This document shows positions 9,051 through 16,664 of a DNA stretch of 20,501 nt, piece by piece. How positions within the stretch are numbered: the stretch's first letter is position 1; the number at the start of each line of letters is the position of its first letter. The notes below the pieces were generated by a model. It ran no database searches. It was not told the origin of the DNA and saw only the letters and a list, made by a program, of their open reading frames with translations. Source of the DNA: an uncultured virus (IMG/VR IMGVR_UViG_3300021964_000035) (lineage: Duplodnaviria; Heunggongvirae; Uroviricota; Caudoviricetes); IMG/VR virus record IMGVR_UViG_3300021964_000035; one strand, given 5' to 3'. Made by a program: the position numbers and the translations under genes.

Positions 9051-9252
9051 CGCTGTAAGACCGGACTACTACAACAAAAACGGTCTTGAGTGCTATGACC
9101 TTATTGAAGCTTCGTGCGGCACAGAAGGCTACAAAGGTTTCCTGGTAGGGAATATCTGGAAATATCTGTGGCGCTGGAAGGATAAGAATGGCATTGAGGA
9201 TTTAAGGAAGGCGCAGGAATATCTTGCTAAACTTATTCAGAGCCTTGAGTAA
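9043..9252 (+). CDS. DUF3310 family protein (T7 gp1.7-like putative nucleotide kinase domain)
   Basis: VRPDYY...ECYDLI...GFLVGNIWKYLWRWKDKNGIEDLRKAQEYL is the DUF3310 signature. Confidence 0.85.
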   Translation: MTDAVRPDYYNKNGLECYDLIEASCGTEGYKGFLVGNIWKYLWRWKDKNGIEDLRKAQEYLAKLIQSLE

Positions 9253-9254
9253 AG

Positions 9255-9542
9255 ATGTCTGACGTACGAGCGCTAGGCAGTATCTACGGCCAATCGGCGT
9301 TTCTTCCTTACGTCAGTGGTCATTCGGTCGAAGCCGGGACTTCTTCGAATTTCCCCAACGGTCGTGCCGTTTACGTAAACGCCACGGGCGATAACCAGCA
9401 GCTTGTCTGCCAATTCGCGGATCAAGCTTCCAGCTTCGTTACGCTCTCTGGTTTTGTTTCGGCAAATAGCCCAGAGATTCTGCCTCTGGCTCTTGTCTCA
9501 ATCAGTGGAACTTCGACCGTGGACGCCACGGTTCTGTACTAA
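9255..9542 (+). CDS. small beta-rich virion protein, head-spike base-like (RcGTA Rcc01079-like)
   Basis: 95 aa; RAVYVNATG..LVCQFAD...VTLSG....ILPLALVSI...T...VLY pattern. Confidence 0.55.
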   Translation: MSDVRALGSIYGQSAFLPYVSGHSVEAGTSSNFPNGRAVYVNATGDNQQLVCQFADQASSFVTLSGFVSANSPEILPLALVSISGTSTVDATVLY

Positions 9543-9907
9543 TGGGTGGGTTAGCGGCTTATCTCGATCTGGTCAAAGGCAACGTCGATAAGCTCGGCGA
9601 AAAAAGTTTTGGCAACGTCGAGAAGATTGGCGGTCTCCTAGAAAAAGGCCTCGAGAGTGGTCTTGTTGGGGGCCTTGTCGGGCAAGTGCTCAAGGGCCTT
9701 GGCGGAACAAAAGAGCGCATGGCCGGTGAGCGGATGGGTGTTGACCGCGACCAGGTCGTCGCTTTTGCTGATGAAGATCGCCCTAATCGCCGTCAGATGA
9801 TGATTCGGCTGATCGGTGGGGATGATGACCGTCCTCTATTGGATCAATTCTTCCGCGAGCAAGACCAGCGTCGCTTGTTCAGCCCTTCAATTGAAGAAAT
9901 CGGCTGA
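9542..9907 (+). CDS. hypothetical protein
   Basis: 121-aa ORF coupled by TAATG and TGATG overlaps; Gly/Leu-rich amphipathic N-half. Confidence 0.65.
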   Translation: MGGLAAYLDLVKGNVDKLGEKSFGNVEKIGGLLEKGLESGLVGGLVGQVLKGLGGTKERMAGERMGVDRDQVVAFADEDRPNRRQMMIRLIGGDDDRPLLDQFFREQDQRRLFSPSIEEIG

Positions 9908-10140
9908 TGGCCAAGGAAGAAGGAACAGCCAAAAAACGCGACCCCAAAAAGTGGGCTGCGGCAAAGGCTAAAGCCCGTAAAAAGATGGGCGGTCATAGCG
10001 CCCGTGCTATGCAACTTGCAGTCAAGTACTACAAGGAAGCGGGCGGTCGCTACGAGGGCAAAAAGTCCAGCAAAAACAAGCTAACTCGCTGGGGCAAAGA
10101 GGACTGGCAGACCCGAGAAGAATACGAGAAGAAGAAGTAA
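9907..10140 (+). CDS. basic protein, N-half of a DUF5872-like family
   Basis: HSARAMQLAVKYYKEAGGRYEG...LTRWGKEDWQT; very Lys-rich. Confidence 0.7.
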   Translation: MAKEEGTAKKRDPKKWAAAKAKARKKMGGHSARAMQLAVKYYKEAGGRYEGKKSSKNKLTRWGKEDWQTREEYEKKK

Positions 10141-10355
10141 TGGCCGATAGAGCTCGCGAAAAAGGACGCACCGAGCGCTACCTCCCCAAACGAGCGTGGG
10201 CTTCTATGTCCGCCGAGGAGCGTCGGGCAACTGACGAAAAGAAAAAGCGGGCCACGGCTGGGAATAAGCCTGTAAACACACAGGTCCCCAACACTGAGAA
10301 AGCTAGAGAAGCTCGGCGCAAAGCTTCCGCATATGTGCGGAATAAATCCAAGTAA
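10140..10355 (+). CDS. basic protein, C-half of a DUF5872-like family
   Basis: ERYLPKRAWASMSAEERRATDEKKK...VPNTEKAREA; TAATG coupling to the previous ORF. Confidence 0.7.
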   Translation: MADRAREKGRTERYLPKRAWASMSAEERRATDEKKKRATAGNKPVNTQVPNTEKAREARRKASAYVRNKSK

Positions 10356-10385
10356 CTTTTAGACTGTTTGTACGAGGGATAACCA

Positions 10386-10631
10386 ATGGCTAACTCGGAC
10401 ATCTACGCCGGTCTTAAAAAACTTTTAGACCCAGGCTCGACTTATAGAGAGAAGGCTTTAGCGGACGTCACTCCCTCCGCGATCCAAAGACGTATCCGGC
10501 AAGGCACTGCTGGCGATACCGATTTGCGGGATTTAGGAATTACTCAGGTTGGCGGCGGCTACGTTGACAACCTTAAAAAAGCCTTGATGGCCAAAGCTCT
10601 CGCGAAGCTGAACCGTCTGGGGGCGCTATGA
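10386..10631 (+). CDS. hypothetical protein
   Basis: 81-aa ORF, GAGGG SD-like motif and TAGACT box (10360-10365) upstream. Confidence 0.65.
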   Translation: MANSDIYAGLKKLLDPGSTYREKALADVTPSAIQRRIRQGTAGDTDLRDLGITQVGGGYVDNLKKALMAKALAKLNRLGAL

Positions 10632-10792
10632 GCGAAGAAAAGCTCATTGCCCAAATGGTCAAAAATGACCTGATTGAAAAGGCTTTGGCGCTGAAGGCGA
10701 TGCGTGAAGCCCGTGATGCCACGCCAATTCGTGTTTATAGCGATGGTGGCCTCGTTCCAGCCGATGCAATTCTTCCGCTGAAATCGTATTAA
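10628..10792 (+). CDS. small hypothetical protein (54 aa, MSEEKLIAQMVKND...ILPLKSY), not in the ORF track
   Basis: ATGA overlap with the previous stop; open to TAA at 10790-10792. Confidence 0.6.
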   Translation: MSEEKLIAQMVKNDLIEKALALKAMREARDATPIRVYSDGGLVPADAILPLKSY

Positions 10793-10816
10793 TATAGCGA
10801 CACTCGTACTGTCGCC

Positions 10817-11656
10817 ATGTTGATCGACTGCTTCACGTACTTCAACGAGAAGGAGCTGCTGGAGCTGCGCATTGAGACGCTTAAAGATACTGTAGATCTT
10901 TTCCTAATCGCAGATGCAGATCGTACACACAAGGGCGAACCAAAAGCCTTTAGTGCGTTAGAAACAATTAAAGAGCTAGGCCTTCCGGAAGAAAAGATTC
11001 AGGTCATCCATATCGAGCTTCCCTCTCCGGAGGAAGCGCCAGATCCCTGGATTCGTGAGCGTGCGCAACGCGATGCTCTCGCCGTGGCAATGCGGATGAT
11101 TGAAGGAGATCATATTTTCTTCGTGAGCGATTGTGACGAAATTGCTCGTCCCTCGAGTCTCCTTGAAGCAGCAAAGGTTTCCGACGAGAACCCGACTGAA
11201 TTTGTGCGTCTGTCGATGCCCTTCCTTATGAACAGGGCAGATTTGCAGTGCCACAACGCCGAAGACAAACCCATGGAGTGGGTAGCCGGCACTTTGGTGC
11301 GTAGCCAGCATGTTCGGGACGAATCCACGCTGTCCCAAATTCGCGCAACGCCAGGTGGAATCAAGGTGGGTGACCTCGACGGCGGTTGGCACTTCAGCTG
11401 GATGGGCGACTCCAGCCGCATCAAGACCAAAGTCAGCAGCTTCGCTCACTGCTACGACATTATTCCCAGCGCAGCTGCTCCCCTGTTTAGCGAGGAGATG
11501 ATGCAGTTTATGGATAACTACGAAGCCAAGGAGGGCGCTACCGATCCCTTAGGCCGCGTGGATCACCGCCTGAAGAAGTATTCGCATGAGTTACTCCCAG
11601 AAAAATTGTTTAAACTTGAGAGAGTAAAACGCTTCCTGTTGCCCGATGGCGAGTAA
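10817..11656 (+). CDS. GT17 family glycosyltransferase (beta-1,4-N-acetylglucosaminyltransferase, MGAT3-like)
   Basis: IDCFTYFNEKELLELRI...VDLFLI...THKGEPK, RERAQRDAL, SDCDEI, GGWHFSW motifs. Confidence 0.85.
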   Translation: MLIDCFTYFNEKELLELRIETLKDTVDLFLIADADRTHKGEPKAFSALETIKELGLPEEKIQVIHIELPSPEEAPDPWIRERAQRDALAVAMRMIEGDHIFFVSDCDEIARPSSLLEAAKVSDENPTEFVRLSMPFLMNRADLQCHNAEDKPMEWVAGTLVRSQHVRDESTLSQIRATPGGIKVGDLDGGWHFSWMGDSSRIKTKVSSFAHCYDIIPSAAAPLFSEEMMQFMDNYEAKEGATDPLGRVDHRLKKYSHELLPEKLFKLERVKRFLLPDGE

Positions 11657-11801
11657 TAAAATGCCCCCCGAGCTTCTGGAAAAGTTTCAGAAGAAAAACG
11701 AAGCTGAAAAAGGAGCTGAGGAAAAAGGGGGCGATAAGGACGCAAAAGCTAAGCGCATGGAAGCACTGCGTAAGGCTCGTAAGGCTAAATCCAAGAAGTG
11801 A
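11646..11801 (+). CDS. small Lys-rich protein (51 aa, MASNKMPPELLEKFQKK...RKARKAKSKK), not in the ORF track
   Basis: ATG at 11646 (alternative 11661) to TGA at 11801; TAAACT box at 11611-11616; followed by a hairpin. Confidence 0.7.
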   Translation: MASNKMPPELLEKFQKKNEAEKGAEEKGGDKDAKAKRMEALRKARKAKSKK

Positions 11802-11805
11802 TCGT

Positions 11806-11833
11806 AAGCTCCCTCCGGGGAGCTTTGATTTCT
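11806..11833 (+). terminator. possible intrinsic terminator/hairpin before the portal gene
   Basis: AAGCTCCC-TCCG-GGGAGCTT 8-bp stem followed by a weak, interrupted T tract (TGATTTCT). Confidence 0.55.
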
Positions 11834-11853
11834 AAGCACAAACGCACCAGACA

Positions 11854-14091
11854 ATGGCAGATGCACTCGGCGTACGAAATCGATTCGAGGAGATCCTAGA
11901 GGCTGCCAGGTCTCAGGATCGATCGCATCAGGCCGCCACGCTGGTGGTGCTGGGACATCTTCAGCAGATGATTCTGCTGATGATCAAGAAGGGCTTGGTC
12001 TTTTATTGCGACCAAGACACCTATAAGGCCAGAAATAAATTCCTTACAGATATTGTCGCTGTTAACAAGCTTGAGGTTCGCTTCCCAGCGATCATCAGGA
12101 ACTATCTGATCGACGGTTGCGGTCTGTTTTATTTTCGGCCCGATCCGAAAATGAAATATCAGATCTATTTCTTCAACAAGGATCAGTATCGAGTTTTCCA
12201 CGACATCAACGGCAATATCCAAGAAGTCGTCATCATCTATAGCTTCAAGGTCCGTGGAGGCCTTGGCATGGGTGCTGGGGAGTCTGGAAGCAATAAGCGT
12301 TACGTCAGGATCTCTATCACTGACGACAAGATCGCAGAATACGAATCTGACTCTGAACTGAGCTTCGAGCTGGAGCCTGGCGCTGTCTTGATGCCTAAGA
12401 GCTCAAGAGACAACCCTCTCGGTTTCATCCCTGCTGTTGAGGTTCTAAACAAGCCCAACGCCGCTGGCACCGAAGGCGAGGGTGAGTTTGATCCATTTAT
12501 GGAGCAAATTGTTCTGCACGACAACATGATGCAGAACATCGCCAAGAACATCGAGTTCTTTGGCAACCCCACTCTGGTGAGTTCGAGGCCTCGAAGTGAC
12601 CTTGTCGAAGCTGATTCTGCAGATCGTACTTTCCGACCCACTATTAGTAGCCAGTCTGGTTTTGCTGGTCGCGATACTCCTTCAACTCGCGTAAGCAATC
12701 CCTTCGGATCCGACTCAATGATCGGAGGCCTTCGGGTTCCTCGGATTATTGCCAACGTCGAATCCAGCGACCGCGTTGCTTACTTGACGCCTGACCCCGT
12801 CAACGGGGATATGAACAGGTATGCCTTGCTGTTGCGCGAAGAAATTCGCACAGCTTTAGGCGGTGTGGATGAGATTTCTGTCTCAGCCGGCGCCACGGCT
12901 ACCGAGATCAAGAGCCTGATGGGTCGAGCTCAGGCAACTGCTCTTAGGAAGAACACATCTCTTTTGAGCTACGGCTTATGCCGTCTGTTCGAGATGATGA
13001 TCTATCACCAAGAGCAGATCTTCCGTGAGAGCTACGCGGTTGTTAAATCCCTTAAACGACCCAAGCCTCCTGAGGAAGAAACCGAAGAAACGCTTGCAGC
13101 TTTCCAGACGAAAGTCGCAAAGTATGAAGCCAAGCTAGAAAAATCGATCAACACCGATCTTGTTAACGGCGAGGTCCCGAACGGTGTTTATGGACTTCCC
13201 CCTGACGGGGATAGGGATGTCCAGTACCGCTTCATGGGTGATGTCTACGAAGACACCCCTATCGACGTTCAGCAAAAGTCAATCGTTGTCCGCAACCTCC
13301 AAGAGATGGGAGTGGACACTGTGGAAGCACTGCGTTATTTGTTCCCAGATAAGACGGAAAGCGAGCGTGCAGAAATGCTGAAGGGTTTCCCCTTCAGGAT
13401 GGTTCAACAAACGCAGGGCGCATTCCAACAATTTTTAGTATTATTATCTCAGATGTTGCAAACGCCGCATCCTTTAAATCCGGAGCAGCCATTAGCAGCT
13501 GATCCTAGGATGAACATAACGCCCTTGCTCTATAGGACGTTCGACCACCTTGCGCAGGAACTAACTTACTCGGGCAGCTATGAGCCAGCAGATCCAAGCT
13601 TCGATCCCGAGTCCGGTCTCCCCGGTGGCGCCTTCCCCGGTGGCGGCGCCCTCTCCGGAGGCACAGGGCTCAACCGCCTACCCGCAATGGGTGGCACAAG
13701 CAGCTACCCCGGCGGTAGCTTCGGCGACTACTCAACAGGCGCCGTCGCAGGCAACACCCCCTACGGTCCCTACTACCAGCGACCCGTCCAGCCTGTATCC
13801 GTCGTCCCCGTCCCCGTCCAACCCGTGGGAACAGGCGATGGGTTCCCTGGAGCGGATGGTCAGCCGTATGGCGCCCCCCAGCCAGGCACAACCGTCGGCT
13901 TACTCCCAGGCAGCACAGACGGCTACAGCACCGAGCAGTCAGCCTTCGCAGGCCCAACCGTGGGAGTTTCAAGCCTCAACGGCAGCCCCGACATCGCCCA
14001 ACAGCGTCTCTACGACCCCGAATTCCTATCCAGCTTCTACGGCAAGCTCGGAACAACTCGGTCTAAGCGACGTAACTCGTCAGGTCGTTGA
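11854..14091 (+). CDS. portal protein with long Gly/Pro-rich C-terminal extension
   Basis: Large ORF between terL and scaffold/MCP; NPLGFIPAVEVLN, GEGEFDP, FFGNP, ATATEI motifs are typical of SPP1-like portals. Confidence 0.85.
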   Translation: MADALGVRNRFEEILEAARSQDRSHQAATLVVLGHLQQMILLMIKKGLVFYCDQDTYKARNKFLTDIVAVNKLEVRFPAIIRNYLIDGCGLFYFRPDPKMKYQIYFFNKDQYRVFHDINGNIQEVVIIYSFKVRGGLGMGAGESGSNKRYVRISITDDKIAEYESDSELSFELEPGAVLMPKSSRDNPLGFIPAVEVLNKPNAAGTEGEGEFDPFMEQIVLHDNMMQNIAKNIEFFGNPTLVSSRPRSDLVEADSADRTFRPTISSQSGFAGRDTPSTRVSNPFGSDSMIGGLRVPRIIANVESSDRVAYLTPDPVNGDMNRYALLLREEIRTALGGVDEISVSAGATATEIKSLMGRAQATALRKNTSLLSYGLCRLFEMMIYHQEQIFRESYAVVKSLKRPKPPEEETEETLAAFQTKVAKYEAKLEKSINTDLVNGEVPNGVYGLPPDGDRDVQYRFMGDVYEDTPIDVQQKSIVVRNLQEMGVDTVEALRYLFPDKTESERAEMLKGFPFRMVQQTQGAFQQFLVLLSQMLQTPHPLNPEQPLAADPRMNITPLLYRTFDHLAQELTYSGSYEPADPSFDPESGLPGGAFPGGGALSGGTGLNRLPAMGGTSSYPGGSFGDYSTGAVAGNTPYGPYYQRPVQPVSVVPVPVQPVGTGDGFPGADGQPYGAPQPGTTVGLLPGSTDGYSTEQSAFAGPTVGVSSLNGSPDIAQQRLYDPEFLSSFYGKLGTTRSKRRNSSGR

Positions 14092-14518
14092 GCACTTCGG
14101 CGCAGAAGCTCCTGGCATTCTCAACCAGTACTCGATCACTCTCGAGGACGCTCTGATCGCTCAGAACGAGCGCATGGAAGCACTGACCCAAGAAGGTCAG
14201 GCCATGCAGCACATCCTGACTGATCCCGATCAGCTGGCTGATTACACCAACCGTTTCTTCACCGAGGTGTATCCCGTCGACGCCGAACAGCCTGCCGCTG
14301 AAGCTCCTGCTCCTCAGCAGCAGCAGTATCGCCAGGACTACAACATGCCTGCTCCTCCTGCTGCTAACGCAGGCGGTAGCGTGAATGTCGATCCTCGCGC
14401 TCAGTGGGAAGGCTTCGCTTCTCAGATGGATCAGAACCCCGAAAACGCTTGGCGTTATCTGTCCCAGATGGGTCCTGAAGCTATTCGTAGCAAGCTCCTC
14501 TTTATGGACAACCGCTGA
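13580..14518 (+). CDS. capsid scaffolding protein (overlaps the portal 3' end by 512 nt in the +1 frame)
   Basis: P/A/S/Q/T-rich disordered N-half, coiled-coil centre, short helical C-terminus; lies between portal and MCP; followed by a strong terminator. Confidence 0.7.
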   Translation: MSQQIQASIPSPVSPVAPSPVAAPSPEAQGSTAYPQWVAQAATPAVASATTQQAPSQATPPTVPTTSDPSSLYPSSPSPSNPWEQAMGSLERMVSRMAPPSQAQPSAYSQAAQTATAPSSQPSQAQPWEFQASTAAPTSPNSVSTTPNSYPASTASSEQLGLSDVTRQVVEHFGAEAPGILNQYSITLEDALIAQNERMEALTQEGQAMQHILTDPDQLADYTNRFFTEVYPVDAEQPAAEAPAPQQQQYRQDYNMPAPPAANAGGSVNVDPRAQWEGFASQMDQNPENAWRYLSQMGPEAIRSKLLFMDNR

Positions 14519-14545
14519 TAGCATCAAGCTGCAGACGGAACTTCG

Positions 14546-14572
14546 AGCCCCCAGAAATGGGGGCTTTTTTTT
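14546..14572 (+). terminator. Rho-independent terminator
   Basis: AGCCCCCA-GAAA-TGGGGGCT stem-loop followed by a run of T's. Confidence 0.9.
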
Positions 14573-14604
14573 CTGCTAGTGTTCGGGCAAGTCAACATAC
14601 TGTT

Positions 14605-15312
14605 ATGACAAGCCACGTCGTTAATCCCAGGCACGCAATTCAGACTTTTGCTTGCTCCAGTGACGACGATCCCGCCGCACAAGCGTGGCAGGAATGGGAT
14701 CTTGTAGCCAACGCAGTCTTCCAGGCAAGCAAAATCCATTTCGATTGTGATGCGGAATTTATTAACGTCCTGCCTGGCGATCACTATCGGTTACTCGGTG
14801 GCCTGTTTCGTTGTCTTCACCCTAAAAATCTGGTTGATGTAGGCACTTCTCAGGGTCTGTCAGCTCGAGTGATGCTCGATTGCACTGACTTCGACTCAAA
14901 AACGGTCACTTTCGACATTATTCCTTACGACGACAAGGAAGCGTTCCCCGTCACCTACGTGACTCAAGAGGATTTTGACGGCCGACTCACTCAATATTTA
15001 GAAGATCTGGCAAATCCTTCTGTCTTTATGAAGTATCTGCCTGTTTTGAATCAGGCTGACTTCATCATGCTCGACGGTCCAAAAGACGGTCAGTTTGAAG
15101 AACGGGTTTTAGAGCTGCTGGCACATCACATCCAGCCTCAAAAAGAAGGGAAGCGTCGTTACCTGTTCCTGGATGACATCCATTTCCAGAACATGCTTGT
15201 AAATTGGCGCCGTATCGCTTCTCCTAAGGTCGATCTCACCTCCTTTGGCCATTTTTCTGGCTCAGGTCTGGTTGACGTAACCGAAGGATTGCAGCTTCTT
15301 CCTGTTGCATGA
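14605..15312 (+). CDS. class I SAM-dependent methyltransferase (Methyltransf_24-like)
   Basis: LVDVGTSQGLSA motif I, VTFDI, DFIMLDGPK, LFLDDI; start placed at ATG 14605, after the terminator and a TGcTAGTGT box. Confidence 0.85.
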   Translation: MTSHVVNPRHAIQTFACSSDDDPAAQAWQEWDLVANAVFQASKIHFDCDAEFINVLPGDHYRLLGGLFRCLHPKNLVDVGTSQGLSARVMLDCTDFDSKTVTFDIIPYDDKEAFPVTYVTQEDFDGRLTQYLEDLANPSVFMKYLPVLNQADFIMLDGPKDGQFEERVLELLAHHIQPQKEGKRRYLFLDDIHFQNMLVNWRRIASPKVDLTSFGHFSGSGLVDVTEGLQLLPVA

Positions 15313-15614
15313 TCGATTGGCTGCCTCCTAAAGGTCTAGGGCCAAAGCAAAGGAACCTCTTTTTGTATTTCCGCAATTTTTGCGCGAAAAATCCTGGGGT
15401 TCCTTGCCCTATGCCACGTGCATCAAGCCAAGACATTCCACAACAGGCTTACGCCGCTAAGTCTTTAGAGCGCATGGGTCTTTTTATTATCAAAAACCCA
15501 AGCGACCATGTAAATAAATGGATTTTGGAGCTCTCTCCTACAATTGGAGAAGCTCCTGAGCCTAAAAATGCCTTTCAAGTCCGAAGCTCAAAGGCGGAAG
15601 TTTTACGCCCTTAA
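15309..15614 (+). CDS. hypothetical protein with LexA-like winged-helix resemblance
   Basis: LGPKQRNLFLYFRNFCAKNPGVP...AAKSLERMGLFII resembles the LexA DNA-binding domain pattern; ATGA coupling. Confidence 0.45.
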   Translation: MIDWLPPKGLGPKQRNLFLYFRNFCAKNPGVPCPMPRASSQDIPQQAYAAKSLERMGLFIIKNPSDHVNKWILELSPTIGEAPEPKNAFQVRSSKAEVLRP

Positions 15615-15735
15615 GGCTGAGGGCAAAATGTCGCAGCGAGAGATCGATAAATGGGAAAAAGAGACGCCTGACAACCTACCTGAGCGCGTAAAAGCCAAGA
15701 ACAAGGCCAAAAAACGTCTAAATTCTTCTAATTAG
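15568..15735 (+). CDS. small basic phage protein (MPFKSEAQRRKFYA...)
   Basis: MPFKSxxQRR N-terminus is common among small phage head-region proteins; start placed at ATG 15568. Confidence 0.7.
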   Translation: MPFKSEAQRRKFYALKAEGKMSQREIDKWEKETPDNLPERVKAKNKAKKRLNSSN

Positions 15736-15762
15736 ACTTAGGGAAAGCTCGGGACAAGCACT

Positions 15763-16575
15763 GTGGCCCAGAACCCCCTTAGAAATAGGCGTCGCGACAG
15801 CGGACCACGCAGAATTCAGTCGGGTCCGAACCATACGACCGATTACGAGCGGGATACAAACTCGTATGTGATTGTCGGGAGCGGTTATACCGATTCTTTA
15901 GGCAATTACGTCAGCTGGTACGGCGTAAATGACGTTGGAGTCGACCAAGGTTTCACAGTTGCCGGGCCGCCGAACTCTGGGGCTTATGTAACCACTGAAT
16001 GGCGTGCAGTTCCTCCAGCTCCATCAGGTTTTTGGACTGATTGGAAAGAAGGGTACTACGTTGGAAGCGGCACCCTGGATACCATTGATGGTTTTCGGTC
16101 ACATACGACCATAACCACCGCAAATGCGAAAGTAGAGACGTCATATGAGCCAGAGTTTGGTGTTCGCGAAGGAAGAACATCCACGTACTTTAGGGGCGTA
16201 GCTCCAGACAATCAGAACTACGACCCCTATCAGACACCAGGCGATAACACTTCGAGTTCTAACGGAATTACCGGGGGCGGCGTCACGCACGCTCGGTACG
16301 AGGGAAGCATTCTGACGAATCCAACTCAGGACACATCTGGCTCCCGAGCATCGTGGCAGTACAACCCTCCTGTGTACTGTCACACTTATACACAAGCTAT
16401 TCGATCCACAGTGCCTGGGGCAATGGACACTGTGACCAGGAGCATTGTGCGGGGTAAATCCACGCGTTACAGCTACAACCTTGGTGGTGTTTATGGAGTG
16501 CTCGGAGAAGGTATTCGAAATATGCCGCACACCTTCTCATCTTCAGTTAATAGCAGTAATCAGAAGGGCATCTAA
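15763..16575 (+). CDS. Gly/Ser/Thr/Tyr-rich hypothetical protein, probably a virion protein
   Basis: 270 aa, GTG start with TAGACT box at 15733-15738; immediately upstream of the MCP. Confidence 0.65.
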   Translation: MAQNPLRNRRRDSGPRRIQSGPNHTTDYERDTNSYVIVGSGYTDSLGNYVSWYGVNDVGVDQGFTVAGPPNSGAYVTTEWRAVPPAPSGFWTDWKEGYYVGSGTLDTIDGFRSHTTITTANAKVETSYEPEFGVREGRTSTYFRGVAPDNQNYDPYQTPGDNTSSSNGITGGGVTHARYEGSILTNPTQDTSGSRASWQYNPPVYCHTYTQAIRSTVPGAMDTVTRSIVRGKSTRYSYNLGGVYGVLGEGIRNMPHTFSSSVNSSNQKGI

Positions 16576-16664
16576 TTCAGCGCTATAAATGCGACAAACG
16601 CCCTTCTTAAAAGGTACATAATCCTCTAACATCAATATGTAGTTTCGATCGGAGTTGACGAGCT

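Noticed and set aside
13615..13825. Short direct repeats (TCCCCGGTGGCG x2, CCCGTC x3)
   Set aside because: Low-complexity coding repeats in the disordered overlap; no spacer structure, so not CRISPR or iterons
14557..14604. Upstream ATG for the methyltransferase
   Set aside because: Lies inside the terminator stem; ATG 14605 fits the -10 spacing
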